In this document: positions 12,881 to 26,842 of the stretch, piece by piece
How the letters are laid out: the number at the start of each line of letters is the position of its first letter
Numbering within the stretch: position 1 is the stretch's first letter
Assembly (NCBI RefSeq): GCF_018350175.1
Contig: NC_058368.1
Coordinates: 185,382,001 to 185,446,000 of the forward strand
DNA from: Felis catus
Lineage: Eukaryota
Direction: 5' to 3'
DNA: 64,000 nucleotides
Made by a program: the position numbers and the translations under genes
Notes under the pieces: generated by a model
What the model saw: only the letters and a program-made list of their open reading frames with translations
Databases searched by the model: none
What the model was told of the DNA's origin: nothing

Positions 12881-13314
12881 ATAGTTAAGTAGCATTGCTT
12901 TTACTTAGAGGTGTGTAGCCAGATATTATAGAAGTGAAGATCTTTCACATTTCATTAAGCAGTCTTGGAAAGCATGGTTTTTACCTGGCTGTTAGTTGTG
13001 TTTATATTGGCAGAACAAAATACACATACACTTTTTTTTAAGAAAACTAGATGTTGAGTATACTTTGAGGATAATTTTAAGAATTCTTCAAACAAGTTAG
13101 TAATTCATGTTTCCAGGTTTCTTAGAGAGAGAGAGAGAGAGAAGGAGAGAGAAGTTTTTTCCAATGTCCACTTAGGCTCTAGGGAGCCATACAACTAGGG
13201 AAGTAGCTTAGTTTCTTAAGATTCAGTTCATAAATTAGAAGATCCTTGCAATGAAAAATTTGGGCAAGACCAGATTTCCAAAAGTCCATCATTCTTGTGC
13301 CATTAAGTACTATT

Positions 13315-13478
13315 TGTATGTATGTATGTATCTCTCTATATCTATGTATGTATGCATGTATGTATCTATCATTTGTATTCTTGAATCATTCTTGTTCCAG
13401 TTGGATACGAAATGTACATATGCATGTATGTATTTATGTGTATATATGTATTTATGTGTGTATTTATGTGTGTATATA

Positions 13479-13540
<62 letters not shown>
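13315..13540. repeat. Compound (TATG)/(TG)n/(TA)n microsatellite
   Basis: Directly visible; it explains the YI/CV-rich spurious ORFs here. Confidence 0.93.
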
Positions 13541-13543
<3 letters not shown>

Positions 13544-14039
13544 TCCTGAATCTTCCCAGATTGAAAACTCACCTTTAAGATTCTGCCAGAGGTAGAAAAT
13601 GGCAGTCACATTCTACTTAAATAGTCAAAGTACGATTGAAAGTAGAAATATAATTAACACTACCACCCATGTGCAAACTTTATTCTCGGGTCATGGAAGC
13701 CTACCATGTGGCAAGCGTTATCCCACAGGACTAATTATGAGGAGTTTGTATTTCCACATAGAGAATGAGGACAGTTTGGGGGAAGTGTTTTCATTCTGTT
13801 TTTCACTTTGGCTCTGGAAATTGTCATTTCTCTTCAGTCACATTCCCAGTTTTAAATTTGATCACTTAGTGGCAGCATTGAATGTCTCTGGTATTAGTAC
13901 CACTTCAGATTTATGCTAAATATTTTTCAGAGTTTGAAATAACACTGATGTTTTCTCAGCACGGCCCTTTTGCTCCCTGGAACATTACCTTTGTACAAGA
14001 TTAATGATGGTGTGAAGTAGGTAGCTATTCCAGAGGAAG

Positions 14040-14470
14040 GTGCCACAGAAATTTAATTTAAACATATGTAGGCAATGTTGTTTAGAATATATGATGATTT
14101 CAAACAACAGTTCTCAAACTTTATTTAATGGCTCTTTCAGAAAGGCAAAGCATCCTGTGAACCATTACTTCCTATATATACTGATCAGAATAAAAGCAAC
14201 ACCCTCTGAAATCTCAAAACAAATGCAGAGAATGCTGCTGGTTTTGGTGAAACATCAATGAGGAACTGACCCCTTGTTAAATATTGAAAGCAAATTATTC
14301 AGATTGGAATACAAAATCCAGATCTCATTATCTAGACATCAGATTATTAAGAGAATCCTCACGGACCATCAGTCAAATGGTTATTCCAGAAAGGATACGT
14401 CAACAGATTTGTTTGTTTTTTTCAGGATATCAGCTGGGTTTGGACACAAAGTGTTGTTTTTAGGTTTGAA
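14040..14470 (+). mobile_element. Possible ancient CR1/L2-clade LINE reverse-transcriptase remnant
   Basis: Frameshifted translation gives ordered resemblances to HGFRKGKSC, DFxKAFD, KL..GI....L.WI.DYL.N, VNG and GS.LGP.LF. Confidence 0.4.
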
Positions 14471-14776
14471 GACTGCCAGTGATGTCAGCTCTGATTAGGA
14501 TCAAACTAGCTTTCGTTTAATTTACCTTCCAATCAGAAACTGAAACCTGGTCAGAAACCTGAAACAGGTAGGCAGTGGTTAAGGATATAAACAATGGAAG
14601 CCCCACAGCTAGCCAACAGCTCCCTAGTTCCTTAGGGAGGTGAACCCAAAGTTCAGGGGCCAAATAACCCATGTGGAGGGAGAAACTCTCCAGGTCAGAG
14701 AAGTTCTGAGTTTAGCCCACTGTGAGGGGAAATGCCAGCATGCAACAGTCCATTGATTACTGTAGAAGAAGCAAAT

Positions 14777-14960
14777 GTAGTGGTTCTCAAATCTTAGCAT
14801 CAGAATCATCTAGAGGCCTTGTTAGAGCACAGATTACTGGGTCCATATCTAGGATTACTGATTCAGTAGATCTTAGGTAGGCCTAAAGATAGTATTTCTA
14901 TCAGGTTTCCAGGAGGTGCTGATATTGCTGGTCCAGGGACCACAGACTGAAAAACTACAA
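14777..14960. mobile_element. MER5A-like hAT MITE
   Basis: gtagtggttctcaaa...catcagaatcatctagagg...ctggtccagggaccacagactgaaaaactac. Confidence 0.8.
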
Positions 14961-17344
14961 TTCCGGAGTGACCTATTTTTTTGTTTCTTTTACTTTGTTA
15001 TTAAGTTTACAACTTGAATGTAGGTTACCAGAAGCTGTCTGGGAGTAAACTAATGTATACATTGACAGACAAAGGCATTACATTCAAATTGGTCCTATTA
15101 GAATTAAGCTCTTATCTAGATTATTCACCCAAGCCCACTTTCCTCTCAATTGCACAAGCAGAATCAGGCAATTTGATCAGCAGGTTTCAGAAATGCTATT
15201 GGCCATGACAGTTTTTAGGAATATAAATAGCAGACTCATAATCTTTGCTCATGAATATTGATTTGCTTCAGAAATTTTAGAAGGTCAACCAATTTGTCAC
15301 TGAATTCATTATTACAGTGAATACAACGAATGCACTTATAGAGGCAGCAGTAATTGCAACATTGAAGATTGTTCAGTATAATGTTCTTTTTGTTAACCAA
15401 AACAGGGCCTGGTCTCATGATCTGCATTTAATATGGTGGTGATGATGCCCTAATCCAATGAGGAGACTGAGTTAAATTTGTTTAGCCCTAATGTTAAAAA
15501 TAATTAGCAAATAGTTATTTCGAAAATATTTTTGATTGAGAGAGAATTCCATGTAAGGAAATTTGGCTGTAGGAAAGTAATTTAAGATGAATGCTTTTTG
15601 AAACAGATTAAAACATACTTTAAAATATAAACAAACTTAAACGTGATTTTGAAAATTTAGAACATGTCCTGACAGTAGTTCAGATACTCAAGGGTAACTA
15701 AGAAATTGCTGCAGGATCTAAATTACACAGATTCAGGTATTTCTTTTAAAAGTCTCAGGGGGTGGTTTCTTTAAGTCATTTTTAATTAGAATTTTAAATA
15801 ATCTATACATAAAATTCCCCTTCCTTGAGTTCTTCTTTGTATAATCAAATTAGAATGCCAGCAATTCCTTGAGATTTCCAATTAAAGTTTCAAACAAGAA
15901 TAGTCTGGTTTATAGAGGTATTCAAAACAACTTGCTAAGAAGCATCCTCTCAGCTATCAGACTTAATTCTTTCAAAAGGAATGCCTTTGAAGAAAAACTT
16001 GTGGATTTGATGATTTAAACAAATTCTTTAAGTGTGCACTTTGATCTGCTTTGGTAAAATTTCAAAAATCTTCAAACAATTTTGAACTTTTATGTGAATT
16101 TCAAGGGAATGTTCCTGAAATCTTTTTTCTGTCTAGAATCCAGGGAAATTCCACAGAACGAACATAAATATTTTGCTAAAATCTAGAAGAAAAAAGACAA
16201 TCTCATTTACTTGGTATGTGATAACCAAAGAGTTTATTAAAAATAAATTATTTTGTCTAAGATAATTCCCATCATGGGAAGTAGAACTACCAGTATTTTC
16301 CTCTTTTATCCCTATTTGTTAAGTGAGAGCTATTCTGTATGTGGAATATAGATGATTTATTTAAAGACTTATTTCTGAAATAAATATTTTTTGAGTGTAC
16401 TATGTGTCTAGCACTATCTAAAACAAGGAATAAAGTATTAAAAGGGATAGACATGGCCTCTGCCCTCATGGAAAACATATCATAGGGGCAATACAGCCAT
16501 TACACAAATACAAAACATAAGTTAAGAATTGAAAATTATGATACATGTGATGATGGAAAAAATGCAGTGGCTGTTGAAGAGAAAAAAAATGAAGAAGCAG
16601 AGTAATTTAGAAAGATGGCTAAAGATGGTTGCTTTGGGAAGACCAAATTTAATGCAAAGAAAAGGGTAGAGTATGAGCAAAGGTGGAAAAAAGTAGCCCT
16701 TACAGTTGTGCTGCATTTTTATAATCTGAAGTTAACTTAAACTTTACATCTGAAGCTCTGAATTGATTCAGATTTAGCTACTGTGTTCTTGAACTATACA
16801 GTATTAGTGTTTCCTGTAAAACTAGCAGAATTAGCGGCCCAAGTTTCAACTAATGTACATTTTTCTATGGAAACACCATCAGTTTGAACAGCTTGTAGGA
16901 AATACATTCTGATAGACAAGAGTCTATCAATCCCAGAGTCTATCAAGAGTCTGTTCAATCCCAGATACCAAACGAAAGTGAAATCTTAGGCGAGAAGATG
17001 ATCCTTGACCTGAGATTCTGCTCTGATTCTTTATTCCAAACAGAGCTCCCATGACTTAACTTTTTTCCCCTACGGGTTGTAGAGGTTGTATTTACGGTTA
17101 TAAATTATTTTGAAAACTTATTACTACATGCACATTGCAAAAAAAAGCCATAAAATGTATATATGTTACAATGTCCCTTTATAATAATTATGAATTATGT
17201 AATTAATACTTATTTATGATTAACAATTATATAACTATTAATTTTAGTTAATTAAAATTAATGTTATACATTATAACAACTAATGAGATTTGTATTATTC
17301 TTTCAGACCAATTTTGTTGTACATGCACATGCACCCTGAAGATA

Positions 17345-17775
17345 GTCAGCTATGTGCATGCATTTATTTTATTTAGTTAGATTACACTAACACATCTATA
17401 CATGGTATAAGCAGTTCAAAAAATCTCAATGACTTAAAACAAGAGTTTGTTTTTCTTATTCACACAACATGTCCATGATGGGTTGACAGAGGAGATCTGC
17501 TCTTAATAACCTCACAGAGACCCAAGTTAATGGAGCAGCTACCCTCTGGGCTACTCCTGATCATAGTGCCAGAAAGATCGCACTCTTAGTGTCTCAAACC
17601 AGCAAGCAAATACTTTGGCACAGAAGTGGCCCATGTCACTTCCACTCTCAACTTACTCTCTAACTAGTAGTCTGTTTCCACCAAATTATGAATGGCCAGA
17701 AGTATGATCATACTGAGTCTAGAAGATAAAGATTAAGAAATATTTGGAGAGAAAAGATCTCGTGATGGCCACAGT
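17345..17775. mobile_element. Old MaLR LTR (MLT1J/K-like)
   Basis: atctcaatgacttaaaacaa...cagaagtggcccatgtcacttccactc. Confidence 0.55.
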
Positions 17776-19049
17776 GCTCCTTCATTTACTTCTTTCATTC
17801 AAGAATATGCCATGAACATCCTGTTTTACATATATATTTGCTTTTATTGTTTCATTTTTTTCTAAACCTATTAAATTCCAGTTAGGTAAATATAGCCTAA
17901 AAGATAGTCACTTCTATTCTTGTTGCTTTTATTAAGGAAGTCATATCTGAAAGAATTTGTGTAATTCTGAAAGCTTAGAGACTGACTCAAACTAATATTC
18001 ATTTGGTTATGTAGATGAAGCCACCCTGAAATCAAGGAGGGAGAGTTGATTCAAATTAAAACTAATTTTGAATACCAATGTAAGCATACACTGATACTAA
18101 CAAACTCTAGTGCTCATTCAGATACATATTCAGCTGTCAGTTCAATTAGGTATTATCACTTGTTGGTGACCGACTTCAAAGTATGAGGTAGGTAATGAAG
18201 AGAAGGTCTGTCTGCTATCAGAAAACACAGGTTTCATATTAAGAGCTTATCAGGGTTTGATCTCATAAGATGAAACTATCATAAAAAATATTTACAGATT
18301 TATTTGATATTCAACTAGTCCTTTTTATTTGACAGCTATTTATTGGGCACCTACTATATGCCAGGCATTGTTCTAGCCACTCGGGATACAGTGGCAAATA
18401 AATAAGACACATACTCATCAGTTTGATTTTTTGCAAAAATATTAAACTCTGAAATATTTAATTGTATAATTCATATTTTGCTACAGCAAAACCCCAGTAC
18501 TACAGTGACATATACCTTTATATATTTATTTCTTGTTCATGTTATGTGGCTGTATGAAGGCTTCAATTCTGCTGGGATTGCCTCAGCTCCATCTTTCATC
18601 CCTAGAACCCAAGCTAATAGAATAGCGAACCACTGTCTTGAACAATCAGTTATCATGGTGATGGTCTTGGAAAGTCAGTGCCAAATCACACAATTACTTT
18701 TCAAGCTTTTGCTCACGTGTGGCAATTCACATCCATTCACCTTCCATTGGCTAAAGCAAATAGATAATCAAGCCTGAGATCAACTGCTCAGGAAACTATA
18801 GTCTGACTACAAGGAATCCTGGGAAGGGTGCAGAGGAAGCAAATGATTGGGAATAAATAATGCAGTTCACCACAGTAGTGAATATTTTCTTAGTAGCCAC
18901 TGTTTTGCCATCGCTATTTCAACACTGACATATACATGCACAGTAATATAGGAATGCATTTCCACAGAGCTTTTCATTACTTCTTAACAGAGATCAACAA
19001 TTGGAGACATTGAGAGACATAAGGAGGACTTTTTAACTGAAACCTTCAC

Positions 19050-19605
19050 AGCACTCATTCATTCATTTCTTTGTTCACCGATTCAACTATTTTATTAGGT
19101 ATCTACCACGTCTCAGGCGTTGTTCTAGGTACTAGAGATTCAGACATGCTCATGGAGAGTATATTCTTGTTGGGGAAAAAATATAATAAGAAAATGAATA
19201 CTTAAATGTACACTAGATGATGCTGCATAGTATAAAGATAAATAAAGATGGAAAAGTATTTAGAGAGAGTGTGGCTGTAGCAGTTTTTGATAGAGAGACC
19301 AAGTATATTCTAAAGAGGTGACAGTTGAACAAAGACCAGAATGAAATGAGGGGACTGGACATGTGGCTATCTAGGAGAGGGAGTAGCAAGTCTGAGAAAG
19401 TCTTGGAGGCATGATCATGCTTATAGTGTTTAATGTGGAGTTTAAGAAATGTGTCTGGAATACAGTGTAGGGAGACACGTTAGATTCTACGTTAGAGAGT
19501 AGTGAAATACAAGATCATAATGGACCTTATAAGCATGGTAATAAATTGCAGTTTTATTTTAAACAGGAAGGGAAGTTATTGGAAGGTTTGAGCAGATCAT
19601 GTTAC
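19050..19605. mobile_element. L2 3' fragment
   Basis: cattcattcatt...tattaggtatctacc...gttctaggtactagagat...ttggaaggtttgagcag. Confidence 0.65.
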
Positions 19606-22600
19606 CCCAATTCAGATGTCATCAGTAACTTTTCTTTCTCTACTTGAGAACATTTGTTTAGCTTGAAAATGATGTATTTTATTTCCAGAAACTTGTGTGT
19701 TTTTATTAAATGTGTTGATGTGTTCTTGTGCCTTTATTTTTGGTTTGACCATGTTGTTATCCTTTCCTTCCGGGATCTCTAATGTCCTTCAGGGCTCATT
19801 TTGCTTGTCCATTTCGTCTTTTGTCTTGATGGGGTCTCACTGAGCTTGTGGTAATTTTCCTTTGCATGCTGATCATGGGTGCCTTAAGTGTTGGCAGCCC
19901 ATGTAAGTTGCATCGTTCTGTGTACATGTGGGTTGATATTGCAACAGTTGACAACTTGTCAGTCACTTCTGGATACATAGGACAAAATTTCTCTGCTCCC
20001 TGGTTCTTAGTCTTTTTAGCCTAACAGATGGAGTGGTCTCAGTCCACCTCTTCAGCAATTACTGAGTGTTTGGGTTCCAAGGAGAACAGGCCTGCTCTGG
20101 CAATCTAATTCCTATCTTAGGCCTCTCTAATGCTGTTCTCCTGATGCACCTATGGTCCAGAGAAACTATCTGTGTCCATTAGAAGGAAGATAGAATTGGG
20201 ACCTCACTTTCACCCTCCCAGGCCCTGTCTACCTGTTCTCAGTGGCTACTTTCTCATAGCAAAGGTGGGCAGATTAGAATTGAGAGAGTAACCAACCTGG
20301 AAGTCATTCAATCCCCCATCTTCTAAGATCCCCTGGGCTGCAGAAATGATACTGCATTTCTATGGGACTTTCCTAAATATTAGATTAAAATTAATGAGTA
20401 CACCAAAAATGGCTTTACAAATACCATTTTCATTTTATACTTTTACTTTGTAAGCAAGTAGAACTCGAGAAATATAATTTGTAAATAAAATGTCTGTTAG
20501 GACAAGGATATTTAACTACTGAAAATATGCTCTCTAGTCCTTGAAAATAATCAGTTCCATGCTGACTTTGCAAATGCCCAGGTCAATATGCTTCCAATTA
20601 GTCATGGGCATGGCTTCAGAGTGAATTATTTGGGCACAAAAAGAATGTAAAACATTTATAATGTTTCAGGGACAAGGTGTGAACAAAAAAACCTACCCTA
20701 GCTGGAAGCTTATGAGGCCTACTGAGTGAATTCAATTCAATTACAAAGGTAGAAACAATTGAGAAAACTGGGGAATCATGATTCTTCTTGAACTTTTGAC
20801 ACACCTGAGTGAAGAAATGACAGGTGAAACTTTGAAGAGAGAAAAATGTGTTTAGCTCAGTGTGTGACAAATGGAAAAGCGTGGATTTTTTTTTTGTAAT
20901 TTTCATTTCACTGTCAAAAATTTGAAAGCAATCAATTATGAAGAAATGACGAAAACTAGTTCATGGAATATTACTATTAACAGCCTAGAATTCAGAGGAT
21001 TTCCTTCTAGTTTATATATGTAATATAAATATATAATACAATATGTAATAAATATATATAATTATATATAAAGTATTTTTGTACATGTATATATGCCTAT
21101 GTGTATGTGTGCACATATAATATCTGTATAATTTTTTAGTCATTTGATATTTTATATTATTTCATATGAGTTTTTCATTTCAAATTATATCCTGAGTACT
21201 TTTTAATAAGTACTGTACTTAATCCACAGTAAAATACTAAACATGGATGTAGATCCAATTCCAAGTATTAAAAAACTTGGAGTATGCTGGTCTTGTACTT
21301 AGTTGTCTCTTGAAAGATTGAGTTATAAAATCTCATTGCACAGTCGTGTTTAGAGTCAAATAATAGTGTGGCTTGGTTTATTAGTTTCTTGCTGCTACGG
21401 TCATTATAGTAATGGCTTTTTCTGTGTATTTAAATGGTGAGTCTGTCTATGTGAGTCACTAAGTCAGTAAGGTGAACACTTCTGGGTAATCAGATTAATG
21501 CATTCTCTGAGTCATGAAAATGTTTATTTTTGACGTAAAATGGAGTTCATAAAATAAGTTATTTTTATGGCATCAGTGAATTAAGATCAGTAAGTCTGTA
21601 CCTATTTCCTTAAGAGGATCATGGTTCACATTTTGTTAATCTATACCTGCTTTTTCAAATAACTCATTTTTAATCTGAATTTTACAGATATAATTAAATG
21701 GTTGAATAATTTCTTCTATTTCATAACATGAAAAATTATGGCTTTAAAAATATGTTGAGAATATTTACCCTAAATATGAAGCAAGACCATATAGTTGTTA
21801 GGCTGAAATTTCCAACTGCATTTTTTCCATTTCAATGTATTTTTCTCCTAATTCCCAAGGGAACTTGTTAGACAAAGTGCAGCTTTTATTGTAAAAATAG
21901 CTCCACAGTGACTAAAGATATACTCTTAAACATTCTAAGTAATACTCATTCTGTGTAATGTTTCTTTCTAAAAAAAATAGATGTTTTATTACACAAATAT
22001 GATAGTTCAATAAAATAGAGGTTCTGTTACTACAAAAATACGTATAGTTCTAATTTGATTAGATACATTTGACTTCATTTTATTTTTGTTTGACAAAAAT
22101 GAATCCATATAAACAGGAGGCTGATTGCAAATGTATTTTATTGATGCTGTGAGGTTGATATAATGAGGTTTATTTGGCAGACCTGGAGGACAATCTTTTA
22201 GACAGGTTTTTCTTAAATGTAGTTATCCAGTTTACTTAACTAATTTGTGCTAAAGCTCAGTTTTAAAAAGGCAAATGACTGTCTTAAAAATGTAAAATGA
22301 ATGCATATCAAAGAATTTTTAAAATCTATTAATTAGTGAGGGAACCCCTAAGATGTTAAAACCAGTTCATAGAGAAAATTGAAGAACTGGGGTGTGTATG
22401 TGTGCATGTGTATACATGCAGGAATGTAAAAGTGAATTTGTTAATAGATGTAAAACTGATTAATATCATATAGGACAATAAAATGCCATGTTTATCTCTT
22501 CTGCAAGGCATAGATCAATTGATTCTCCATCAGACAAAATTCATTTGCATTGTAATGGATAGGAATGATTTGCATCCCTATCAGATTTCTTCAAGTTCTC

Positions 22601-23399
22601 TTCTGCCACGAGAGAGATATAAAATAGTCTACTCAATAGAAAGTCAAAGATATTCAGTTTATAAATCAGATAATCCCTAGAGAGCTCACTAGAAACCATG
22701 GAGCATGTCTCCTAAAGACACCAGTAATCTCTTGTGCATTTCCAAGTTTTGGACAATTTTTCCCAATATTTGCAATTTAACTGTGCTTTGAAGGAATAAA
22801 AATGAATGAACTCGTTTTTCAGGTTTGTTTCTTAAGGTAGAATAACAACAGAAAATGAGTTAGAAGATAATATTTTTTAGAAGACCATTAAGTTTGTATA
22901 TAAATCTCTAGCCAACAGCTCTTGGTTATGCTAGGAATTCTTGGTTAAACATTCCTATCAAAGTACCATGTGACTCGTATATGTAACACAATGCGGCATG
23001 GTCTTTTGATATCGTTTCAGAAGATGAGAAGCTTACAGTCCAAAGAAAGTAGCTATTTGTTTGCAAATTTTATCTCTTCTTTCTGTTTCTAAATATACCT
23101 ACACTTCCATGTGTCATTGTATCTGTGTTATCCAGGAGCAAGCAGTGCAGTTTATCTTTTTTAAGATTAAGACTCTGATCTCCTAAAAATTCTTTAGGAC
23201 TTTGTACATTCATGTTTGCCTCCCTGAAGTTCTTTTGTTTAAAAGCACACTATTTGCTCTTCTTTGTGTGAATAAAAACAAAACATCAGCAGCAAACCTG
23301 CAGTCATACTTATCTTTGCCTTAAGCTAGCCTCATTTGGTCACCTTCTTCCATCTTTCTGGAACTCCTAGGCCAAGTAGTATAAATTTATTTTTTCAGC

Positions 23400-24555
23400 A
23401 TCATCACCTCGTTCCTACTCTTCAGCCCTCTGTCCGAACTTGTATTTCTACTACACAGAAAGTCTTCTTGGAAAGTTCAATGGCTTATTTTCTGATTGCT
23501 AAATCCAGGGATCTACTGTAGTTTTTTATTTGACCTTTCTTCAGTTTTCATGGTCTTGACCAAGACCTCTTGCCTTTCTTCCTTGAGGTAATCTTTTCTT
23601 AGCTTCCAGAAAATCATGCTACTTTATTAATCTTCCCCCTTTTTGCTGCCATACCCTTAGAGATTTCCTCCAAAATTTGACCCCTCTTCACCTTTCCTTC
23701 ATTCATTAAAATTTGGAATTCTCTGAGATTTTATCTTTTTCCTCCTCTTCTCCCTGGGTGATACTCTGTACTCCCAAGATCTCGGGTGCCATGTAGAGCT
23801 ATTTATTTCCAACTACATGTCTCCTGCACCTGAGGTCTCTTCTGAAATCCACCTCTCTATTTGTATTTGACTTTTTACATTTCTTATTGGTATTCCTCAG
23901 GAAATTCAAACTTGAAATATCCAAAAGAGAATTCCCTTTCTTTCTGTTGGTTCTATATTTCTATTTCCTATCTTGATTAATGGCATTATTATTGACTTAA
24001 AATCTATGCAAGAAGGGCTAGCATCATCTTTAATTTCTGCCTTTCCCCATATTTACCAATGTACTCAATTACAAAGTTTATTGATCAGGCCCCTAATGTT
24101 ATCCCTACTGTAACTGAATCTGTGTTCAAACTGCTATCTCTTGTCTTAACTATGAAAATATTAAAAATATGAAAACAAATCCCTCTTCAGCTATATTAGC
24201 TCCCTTGTGCTTTGCATTCAATGAATATTTCATGATTTTCAGATCACCCATGAGTTACAAAACTCCAGTCCTTTTCCAAAGTTATGCTCTTTCCATAGAT
24301 TATCTTCTCATATTTTCTCAGTCTAGCAAATGTATTCATCTAGACTAAGTTAAAGCATCATTTTGTCTGTGGACATTCTCTTGACATTCCCAGGTAGATC
24401 AGGCTTCCTTTGAACATGCTTCTATTACTGGATAATGCAATCTGTTTGTGTGCCTCCTTCCCCATTATTTGAGAAGAAGAAATGTGGCTTATTTACTTTT
24501 GCATTCTCATCTCCTAAATCTTGGCCCATAGTAAATGCTAATAAGTGTCCTTTGA
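23400..24555. mobile_element. L2 fragment(s)
   Basis: Pyrimidine-rich L2-like stretch ending catagtaaatgctaataagtg. Boundaries approximate. Confidence 0.5.
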
Positions 24556-24590
24556 GTGGGAGAACATGGTTTTAAAATGAAAGATTTGTC

Positions 24591-24802
24591 TGGTGCCTGG
24601 ATGGCTCAGTCAGTTAAGTGTCCTATTTCAGCTCAAGTCATGATCTCATGGTTCCTATGTTCTAGTCGAGCCCCATGTTGGGCTCTGTGCTGTCAGCTTC
24701 CAACCTGGAGCCTCTTTCAGATTTTGTGTCTCCCTCTTTCTCTGCCCCTCCCCTGCTCATCTCTGTCTCCTAAAAATAAATAAACATTACAAAAATTTTT
24801 TT
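24591..24802 (+). mobile_element. CanSINE
   Basis: TSD aaatgaaagatttgtc/aaatgaaagatatgtc. Confidence 0.94.
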
Positions 24803-26739
24803 AAATGAAAGATATGTCACTATTGAGGGATAATGGATTGAATTTTTAGTATAAATTTCATCTCACTCTTACCTTAGAATGGGTTTTGGAGATCTTTTCA
24901 AATGAATACATACATGTTTTATGTTGGAAACATAAAGCTAGTCAAAACTGACTCATCCCTAAGAATATTCTTCAGAAATGACAGAATTTTTTTTAGGATC
25001 TTGGATTTTTAGAAACATCAACCATTTTAATGCTTTTAGCTACATGTCCTTTGTAGTTGTGCTAAAAGTTCTCCTAGTGACCTAGCACTTGTGTTCTGAT
25101 TTGTGTTTGCTACACATGTACAGTGGCTCTAAGTTTCCATTTTGACTTAACAAATGCTTTTGTTAATAATTTTGTTGGCAAACATGACATCCCCGAAGAA
25201 AGTGATTTTAGTTCACTGTAACTTTTAACAGAATATTTGGATGAAAAAGACCTGTTCCGTTATGAAATTCTCACATACACTGCAACAGCTAGGTTTGAAT
25301 GTTTTTCCCATGTTTGACATGACCACATGATCCATAGGATATGGTTCACCATTTGGCAAAACTGACTTTTCAAGAACAGAGAAGCATATTTTGCTAAAAA
25401 TAATCTTATAACCCAAGGTCAGGGAGCAATTGATAAATGATGTGCAAATTTTTATCTCTTTTATCTTGTAGCTACACATCAGTATCACATATTTGGGGAA
25501 TTATAATTCGTCATGCAAAAAAATGTTCTATGTGGCAACTTCAAAGACAACCTGCTGAGAAACCAAGAGAATACTTAATAATGCTCATGAACAATGAGGC
25601 ATGAATGATCAATTGAAGGTCTTCCTGTTTAGCTATTGATTATTCTATCATGGCAAGTAACTTCAAAACCACACACAGTCTTTTGAACATTACCTTCATC
25701 TCCTAATATTTCTCCCTATCACCAGAAGAAAATTACTTTTCTTGACCTTCCATAACAGGCAAATGTATTTTGTATTATTTATTGATCTTATAATATAACA
25801 TTCTTGGGAGGGTAAATGAAACTTATCAAGTTCAAATGAGTTATAATTGTAGGAGCCTTAAAGGTAATTCTTAAATCCTCTGGTGCTTCGTGGAGAAAAA
25901 GATGTTCACTTCTTATAGAAAGAAATTCCAGAACATTATCAGGACTTAAAAATTTAAATTGAAAATCAAGTTTTATCTTATACTTGTTAACATTATAAGG
26001 GGAAGAATGCCATGTGGCAAATATCCCTTAACATCCAGAAAACTAGCAACTTGTAGGTAGGTTTCACCTTAGCTTACCAGTTCTCATGGTTACTTTCTTT
26101 TTCTAAATAACAAAAGGATTCTAAAAATTAGCTTTGGAACAAAAGAGGAAAGCATACCATACCATACTCAATGAATACCATTCAGATATGATTACAGTCT
26201 TCAAAAATGGCAGTAGCCATAATGCAATAAATAAACCATTTATTTTGGAATCAGAAGGGCCAGCATAAGTTACTATTGCCAATGGTGCAGGGAAACGATT
26301 CCACTGATTCACTATAGCTATTACCTATATTCTGAATAGAGCCAATTTAAAATTATTAAACTTGATAAATAAAACTTGTATATAGGCCAAAAATAATGAA
26401 AATGTAATTAAAAATATATCACAGAAAAATGAAGGCTGTTGTTCCTTGATATTTATTTTCCATATGGAAAATATGATTATATCCTGTGGCTCTTTTTATT
26501 GTCCCAAATTGTGGTCAATAAGCATTTCATGTATACTGGTTTCCCACTGCAACTGCCATATTAAGTTGACAGATCTATACTTGTTTCTTTTCTCATCAGA
26601 AGGCAGCAAAGGCAAAAGCTACTTATAAAGTTAGTTTATTTTTATAGTTGCCAGTTATTTTATTTTACTTATCCCTTTGTTTATTTATTGTATATTGGGC
26701 TTTATAAAATGAGCTGAGTGCTATAGTTGAAAAGATGCT

Positions 26740-26842
26740 TGAGTGATGTATGGAAGTGTTGAATCACTAAGTTGTACACCTGAAATTAACATTACACTAT
26801 ACATTAACTAACTAGAATTTAAATAAAAACTTAAAAAAAACG
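26740..26842 (+). mobile_element. Short carnivore L1 3' terminus
   Basis: gtgatgtatggaagtgttgaatcacta...tgtacacctgaaattaa...aataaaaacttaaaaaaaa. Confidence 0.7.

Noticed and set aside
13251..13609. YI/CV/TH-rich ORFs
   Set aside because: Microsatellite artefacts.
25230..25292. Possible small exon (ttttaacag|...YLDEKDLFRYEILTYTATA...|gtttga)
   Set aside because: Weak donor, unrecognised peptide and no partner exons found.
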